From Nemertoderma westbladi (Eukaryota; Animalia; Xenacoelomorpha): a stretch of DNA of 64,000 nt. The stretch spans positions 1 to 64,000 of the forward strand of contig JAUCBJ010006704.1 of assembly GCA_032718475.1 (NCBI GenBank), given 5' to 3'. Both the position numbers and the translations under genes were made by a program. Below the pieces are notes generated by a model that ran no database searches, was not told the DNA's origin, and worked only from the letters and a program-made list of their open reading frames with translations. This document shows positions 56,601-64,000 of the stretch, in pieces (the first letter of the stretch is position 1; each line of letters starts with the position of its first letter).

Positions 56601-59600
56601 TGTGTTATTGAAGTGTGCCTAAGATTACGAATGCTTAGATAGGCGCTCTTTTCCTTTGATTGATTTCTATTTCTTAGTTACAATAATTAGTTATTGATTA
56701 GGTCAAAGTAATACGGCAAATTAGGCTATTACTAGCGAAACCTGTTGCGTGATAAATTAGAATTACGTATTCTGGAACTCTTAGTAATTAGTACGCTGTT
56801 AAATATTTGTGACTGTAATTAATTAGTAAAAAATTAAGAATTAGTACGCAGCATAGCGGAGAGTAGCTAAGGTAATAATTAGTGTACTGTAAACTATTCA
56901 CGCTGAGCGGTTATTTGCATTAGCGGACAATCAGCTAGAACGCACTATTCGGTACGCACGATACGCTAGTAAATTTGCTGGCCTAAAGCCAGTCGCGGGC
57001 AGTTTTAGACCCGGAGTGGTATTATCCACGTAGAAACAGATACTGTACCATTTTGATATTTTAAATATTCTCGCATTCACACATTACGTTAGGGAACCTC
57101 CAGTATTCGCGATTAGAAAGACGTAGGTAATAGCGTGCTTTAATAGTGATAAAATTAGGCGTAAGAATACTCTGAGTGCAAGGCCTCTCCTCTCGCACTC
57201 GTCTTAAGTAAGCTTAGGGAGCCGACTCGGGTTTATTGTTTTGGTTATTCCCGCGTGGCTCATAGATTCGAACAGTTAGCTCTCTATCGAGCGATCGGTA
57301 GAGAAAGGAACAAGCGATTTTGCAGGAGTAGTGTAAAATTAGTAAAATATATTAGTGGACGGCAGATTAGCGCCATCTAACGGTAAGTAGCGGTTTTGTA
57401 TTTAGCAACCCTTACAATTTAGTAATAGCACGCTCCTGATCCCCTTTACTTAACAGTAGAGCAGTCTTTGTGTCTTATTGGTTAGACGAGAACTTATTAG
57501 GTTGGCAGAAGGATATTAACAGGTATTGGTCTGTTCAACAGTTCTGCTGTTAGTATAGAGGTCGCGGTTGTTTATCACTCTGGATAACGAATTCCTGCTA
57601 CGTCTACAGACTGCTATGCCCGCTATGACTGCTATCTCCCTCCGCCTTTCAACTATCTTGGCCAACGACATGAAAGCTTTCAAAACCACTTATCATCATC
57701 ACCTGGAATCGTTAATGTTCGAGTAGACAACAATGGTAAAAACAAGATTCCGTCTCTGTTGGCAGACTCAAAGTAGCGTTTAAATCACAGTTTTCGACCA
57801 CAGCTCCAAATCCACAGCTGCCAACAGCTACACCCACACCAACAAACCCCTCACCGGCTCCAACCCCAGCAACATTGGAACCCCAACAAGTATCACGTTC
57901 AGGCCGTATCATAAAGCTTCCACACTATTACGGGTTCCAGGCATCATCGCTTCAGTGCCCTCCGCTGGGGGGAGCCATGAGGCGACCCTGGAACTAGAAC
58001 ATGCTAGGTTTCCCAGATAAGGAATCTGGATATGTTTCTAGGCAACACAACAAACAATTATTCTTATAGCTAGCTAGATCATTAAATTAAATAATTAACA
58101 ATTATTACATATAATAATATATAAATATATAATAATAATTAAATAATAATAATACAATAAATTTAGCTCACGCTAAAAGACCAACTGGTATATATATATA
58201 CCTGGCATTTCACCTGCCGGGACGTTACGTATGTTCCCAGTACAGTGTACAAAACTCAAAGGAGACATACCGTTGGAGGGAGTCAACACGTCTGTATATT
58301 GATAGAATTATAATGTATTATTTTATACTATATTGTATAGTACGACATTATACTACAATATAATGGTGTTGGTATGGGATTGATAAAAAACGAAACGAAA
58401 CGAATATTTCATATGATTTGTAAAAACGAAACGATTACGAAACTAAGTTTGAAAACGAAACGATTACGAAACTAAGTTTGAAAACGAAACGATTACGAAA
58501 CTAAGTTTGAAAACGAAACGAAATTGAAATTTCATTAGTTTCGTTTCGTTATAACATCCCCGGTTGAAAGAGCATCCAAATAGATATCGTCAGTCAATAA
58601 TTAAGCAACAGAAAGGTAGAAATTTAAGAATAAAGATACGTATTACATGGGAAAAAAAGTAGGACTTTTCAATATTCTCTTGAACCTTTATTCACATAGC
58701 TGGCGCTCGGTATATAAATAAAATACCCCGAGAGCGAGAATAGTGAAACAGTTATACGTCTTTTCCCAAGTAATTAAACAACATATTATATTGTGTATAA
58801 TGTACCTTTATCTCACTTCGGTCCCTCGTTTCAATATTTCCATATTTATTTATTATAAATCATTCAAATTATCAAACATTAGATAAAATAAAAATGGGTA
58901 TTCACTTTTGATTTTTTGTGGCTAAGAGTTTCCAAAGATATTTTAGTTCACCAACAAATACCAAACCAGCTCACATGGAGCTACTTGGAGCCTCTATTTT
59001 ATCAACGTGAGCCTGACCTTAGGTACCATCTATACTTACTTCAGGACAGCGGACACCTTTCCGATCAATAAAATCTTTGAAGGCCCGCGCCCCGTGCATA
59101 TTGACCAATTGCTCATCTAAATCAAACATTTTCTCTTTAATTTCGTTATCAATGTCATTCTCAACTCCTGGAGGGGGCTGCATCGGCTACAAACAATATA
59201 AAAATTAAAAGGAAAGTTTCTTATTATAAAGGAGGATCTGTGTAGATAGAAGATGTGACACGTGTCGGATCTTGTACACCAAAATGATATCTACGACTGT
59301 AAAATTGGTTTCCTACAATTATTATGGCTGAACTTTGAGCGTAAAACTGCGGAAACAACCAGAAGGATCCTTTCTCTTGGCTGTTACCTGTAGGGAAGGG
59401 ATGGGCGGCTAAATAAAAACTTAAATTAAAAACTTAAACTTAATTTAGTTAGTTAATCACTAACTGTATAATAATCTTCACTATCCAACCCTTTCTTAAT
59501 TAATCCCCCAGTATCACGCAGGTTACAATTACATCAGGTTGGGTTATGGAGAATTTAAAAGTTAACGAAAACTTGTTATATTCCGTTTCTGAGGCTCGAA

Positions 59601-59857
59601 CTCAGTACATTCCGGTTGGAATACCGACGCCCTAACCACCTTGGAAAATGAACCTGTCCATGCAATACGTACCTTAGTAGGGTCACGCTTCACCCATGTT
59701 CGGGGGGGAAGGTACCACGCGCCGTATGTCATCTTGGGTGGCTTCCGGTCCTCCGATTTCGGAATGCGGTCCACTTCTGTACCGTTCGATTCCGGAACTC
59801 CGTCGGAAACCCTCAGCTCTTCCGGAATCGTATTCATGTCAACAACTCGGATTGGAA
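47604..59857 (-). CDS. FAM47E: FAM47E-like gene, last three coding exons (59673-59857, 59040-59186, 47604-47663)
   Basis: Spliced frame ...KMTYGAWYLPPRTWVKRDPTK|PMQPP...DEQLVNMHGARAFKDFIDRKGVRCPE|FLARLSDVQRFQNSNTNDI* reproduces the FAM47 C-terminal signature (YGAWYLxPxxW ... HGxxAFKDFIxxxGxRxPxFL). All junctions are GT-AG and in phase. Upstream exons lie beyond the window. Confidence 0.82.
47747..49245. repeat. 22-bp tandem satellite, about 68 copies
   Basis: Unit TAAATGTTTTTCACCCGTGTGA, very homogeneous. Confidence 0.97.
49566..53110 (-). mobile_element. Near full-length RTE-clade LINE (APE endonuclease + RT), recently inactivated
   Basis: ORF 50362-52620 (IATMNARTL, IQE, GDLNA, LDYIL, SDHR; DFKKAFD, GVLQGDTLAP); in-frame TGA at 50362 followed by TDFADD; 5-bp insertion near 49915; (TAA)n tail. 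The 5' boundary is approximate. Confidence 0.92.
53580..53780 (+). repeat. Dispersed repeat of about 190 bp, copy 3
   Basis: Similar to 6611-6800 and 32321-32511. Confidence 0.8.
54990..57975 (+). mobile_element. Degenerate Gypsy integrase remnant split by a solo LTR
   Basis: DLVGPLP...DRFTRWPE...VSDRGSQF...YHPQANG; ADLVYDTALHLPGE; after removing 55408-57582 the frame continues PTEPLDNEFLLRLQTAM; later SRSGRIIKLP and the PPT GGGGGGAG near 57967. Confidence 0.85.
55408..57577. mobile_element. 2170-bp solo LTR
   Basis: TG...CA termini; TSD CTCTG at 55403-55407 and 57578-57582; excision restores the host integrase frame; no long ORF. Confidence 0.85.
58376..58560. mobile_element. MITE with internal 29-bp tandem repeats
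   Basis: GGGATTGATAA..CGAAACGAAAC versus GTTTCGTTTCGTTATAACATCCC inverted termini; GATTACGA recurs at 58433, 58462 and 58491. Confidence 0.6.
59584..59654 (-). ncRNA. tRNA-derived (SINE-head-like) sequence
   Basis: GGTGGTTAGGGCG A-box-like part and a perfect T-arm CTGAG-TTCGAGC-CTCAG; the acceptor stem does not pair. Confidence 0.55.
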
Positions 59858-59892
59858 CTACAGAATAAAGTAGTAATTGCCGAACTGCAGAT

Positions 59893-62800
59893 GGTGAACT
59901 TCATTAACTGAGTATGTTCACTAAACAAACTCAGTTAATGAACAAACTCAGTTAATTAACATACTCAGTTAATGAACAAACTCTGTTAATGAGCATACTC
60001 AGTTAATGAACAAACTCAGTTAATTAACATACTAAGTTAATGAACAAACTCAGTTAATGAACATAAACAGCTAATGAACAAACTCAGCTAATGAACATAC
60101 TCAGCTAATGAACATACTCAGTTAATGAACATACTCAGCTAATGAACAAACTCAGTAAATGAACAAACTCAGCTAATGAACATACTCAGTTAATGAACAA
60201 ACTCAGATAATGAACATACTCAGTTAATGAACAAACTCAGTGAATGAATATACTCAGCTAATGAACAAACTCAGCTAATGAACCTACTCAACTAATGAAC
60301 ATACTCAGTTAATGAACATACTCAGCTTATGAACAAACTCAGCTAATGAACATACTCAGTTAATGAACATACCCAGCTAATGAACAAACTCAGTTAATAA
60401 ACAAACTCAGCTAATGAACATACTCAGTTAATGAACAAAAACTTAGTTAATGAACATACTCAGTTAATGAACATACTCAGCTTATGAACAAACTCAGCTA
60501 ATGAACATACTCAGTTAATGAACATACTCAGCTAATGTACAAACTCAGTTAATAAACAAACTCAGCTAATGAACATAATCAGTTAATAAACAAACTCAGT
60601 TAATGAACATAAACAGCTAATGAACAAACTCAGTTAATAAACAAACTCAGCTAATAAACAAACTCAGTTAATGAACATACTCAGTTAATGAACAAACTTA
60701 GTTAATGAACATACTCAGTTAATGAACAAACTCAGTTAATAAACAAACTCAGCTAATGAACATAATCAGTTAATAAACAAACTCAGTTAATGAACATACT
60801 CAGTTAATGAACAAACTTAGTTAATGAACATACTCAGCTAATGAACAAACTCAGTTAATAAACAAACTCAGATAATGAACATAATCAGTTAATAAACAAA
60901 CTCAGTTAATGAACATACTCAGCTAATGAACAAACTCAGTTAATAAACAAACTCAGTTAATGAACATACTCAGTTAATGAACAAACTTAGTTAATGAACA
61001 TACTCAGCTAATGAACAAACTCAGTTAATAAACAAACTCAGCTAATGAACATAATCAGTTAATAAACAAACTCAGTTAATGAACATACTCAGCTAATGTA
61101 CAAACTCAGTTAATAAACAAACTCAGCTAAAAAACAAACTCAGTTAATGAACATACTCAGTTAATGAACAAACTTAGTTAATGAACATACTCAGTTAATG
61201 AACATACTCAGCTTATGAACAAACTCAGCTAATGAACATACTCAGTTAATGAACATACTCAGCTAATGAACAAACTCAGTTAATAAACAAACTCAGCTAA
61301 TGAACAAACTCAGTTTATAAACAAACTCAGCTAATGAACATACTCAGTTAATGAACATACTCAGCTAATGAACAAACTCAGTTAATAAACAAACTCAGCT
61401 AATGAACATAATCAGTTAATAAACAAACTCAGTTAATGAACATACTCAGTTAATGAACAAACTTAGTTAATGAACATGCTCAGTTAATGAACATACTCAG
61501 CTTATGAAAAAACTCAGCTAATGAACATACTCAGTTAATGAACATACTCAGCTAATGAACAAACTCAGTTAATAAACAAACTCAGCTAATGAACATAATC
61601 AGTTAATAAACATACTCAGTTAATGAACAAACTCAGATAATGAACATACTCAGCTAATGAACAAACTCAGATAATGAACCTACTCAGCTAATGAACATAC
61701 TCAGTTAATGTACAAACTCAGCTAATGAACATACTCAGTTAATGTACAAACTCAGCTAATGAACATACTAGTTAATGATCAAACTCAGTTAATGAACATA
61801 CTCAGTTAATGAACAAACTCAGATAATGAACATACTCAGTTAATGAACAAACTCAGTTAATGAATATACTCAGCTAATGAACAAACTCAGCTAATGAACC
61901 TACTCAACTAATGAACATACTCAGTTAATGAACATACTCAGCTTATGAACAAACTCAGCTAATGAACATACTCAGTTAATGAACAAACTCAGATAATGAA
62001 CATACTCAGTTAATGAACAAACTCAGTTAATGAATATACTCAGCTAATGTACAAACTCAGCTAATGAACCTACTCAACTAATGAACATACTCAGTTAATG
62101 AACATACTCAGCTTATGAACAAACTCAGCTAATGAACATACTCAGTTAATGAACATACTCAGCTAATGAACAAACTCAGTTAATAAACAAACTCAGCTAA
62201 TGAACATAATCAGTTAATAAACAAACTCAGTTAATGAACATACTCAGTTAATGAACAAACTCAGATAATGAACATACTCAGCTAATGAACAAACTCAGAT
62301 AATGAACCTACTCAGCTAATGAACATACTCAGTTAATGTACAAACTCAGCTAATGAACATAATCAGTTAATGTACAAACTCAGCTAATGAACATACTAGT
62401 TAATGATCAAACTCAGTTAATGAACATACTCAGTTAATGAACAAACTCAGATAATGAACATACTCAGTTAATGAACAAACTCAGTTAATGAATATACTCA
62501 GCTAATGAACAAACTCAGCTAATGAACCTACTCAACTAATGAACATACTCAGTTAATGAACATACTCAGCTTATGAACAAACTCAGCTAATTAACATACT
62601 CAGTTAATGAACAAACTCAGATAATGAACATACTCAGTTAATGAACAAACTCAGTTAATGAATATACTCAGCTAATGAACAAACTCAGCTAATGAACCTA
62701 CTCAACTAGTGAACATACTCAGTTAATGAACATACTCAGCTTATGAACAAACTCAGCTAATGAACATACTCAGTTAATGAACATACTCAGCTAATGAACA

Positions 62801-64000
62801 AACTCAGTTAATAAACAAACTCAGCTAATGAACATAATCAGTTAATAAACAAACTCAGTTAATGAACATACTCAGTTAATTAACAAACTTAGTTAATGAA
62901 CATACTCAGTTAATGAACATACTCAGCTTATGAACAAACTCAGCTAATGAACATACTCAGGTAATGAACATACTCAGCTAATGAACAAACTCAGTTAATA
63001 AACAAACTTAGCTAATGAACATAATCAGTTAATAAACATACTCAGTTAATGAACAAACTCAGATAATGAACATACTCAGCTAATGAACAAACTCAGATAA
63101 TGAACCTACTCAGCTAATGAACATACTCAGTTAATGTACAAACTCAGCTAATGAACATACTGAGTTAATGAACAAACTCAGCTAATGAACATACTCAGTT
63201 AAAGAACAAACTCAGTTAATGAACATACTCAGTTAATGAACAAACTCAGCTAATGGACATAACCAGTTAATGAACAAACTCAGCTAATGAACATACTCAG
63301 CTAATGAACATACTCAGTTAATGAACATACTCAGCTAATGAACAAACTCAGCTAATGAACCTACTCAACTAATGATCATACTCAGCTAATGAACATACTC
63401 AGTTAATGAACATACTCAGTTAATGAACATACTCAGTTAATGAACAAACTCAGCTAATGAACATACTCAGTTAATGAACAAACTCAGTTAATGAACATAA
63501 TCAGTGAATAAACAAACTCAGCTAATGAACATACTCAGCTAATGAACATACTCAGTTAATGAACAAACTCAGCTAATGAATATACTCAGATAATGAACAA
63601 ACTCAGTTAATGAACATACTCAGTTAATGAACAAACTCAGCTAATGAACATAATCAGTTAATAAACAAACTCAGCTAATGAACATTCTCAGCTAATGAAC
63701 AAACTCAGTTAATGAACAAACTCAGTTAATGAACATACTCAGTTAATAAACATTCTCAGCTATTGAACATACTCAGTTAATGAACATACTCAGTTAATGA
63801 CCATACTCAGTTAATGAACAAACTCAGCTAATGAACATACTCAGAAAACGAACAAACTCAGATAATGAAAATACTCAGTTAATGAACAAACTCAGTTAAT
63901 GAACATACTCAGTTAATGACCATACTCAGTTAATGAACAAACTCAGCTAATGAACATACTCAGATAACGAACAAACTCAGATAATGAAAATACTCAGTTA
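59893..64000. repeat. 17-bp tandem satellite (>4 kb, runs off the window)
   Basis: Unit GAACA(A/T)ACTCAG(T/C)TAAT with recurrent variants. Confidence 0.98.

Overview
AT-rich, intron- and transposon-dense eukaryotic DNA, most likely from an invertebrate animal. I assembled two spliced host genes by hand, both on the minus strand. (1) An 11-exon gene (ATG at 38303, last seen exon ending 2980; about 579 aa) for a signal-peptide-bearing protein with 12 beta/gamma-crystallin Greek-key motifs. (2) The last three exons of a FAM47E-like gene (59857 to 47604). The 22-kb intron 8 of the crystallin gene holds a young 20.4-kb BEL/Pao-derived LTR element (8511-28874, TSD GTCTG). Its 1385-aa ORF keeps Gag and protease but has lost RT and integrase in frame. 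It also carries unexplained accessory ORFs, a tRNA-like sequence in one LTR and no tRNA primer site. Nested inside it is a 5.27-kb Gypsy element (15580-20848, LTRs identical by eye, TSD CTCTG) whose integrase ends in a PWWP chromatin-reader domain; this is the most interesting observation. The rest is RTE, CRE-like and RTEX-like LINE copies, Copia and Gypsy remnants, two solo LTRs, MITEs, and satellites with 10-13, 17 and 22 bp units. All family assignments come from motif recognition by eye; no searches were run.
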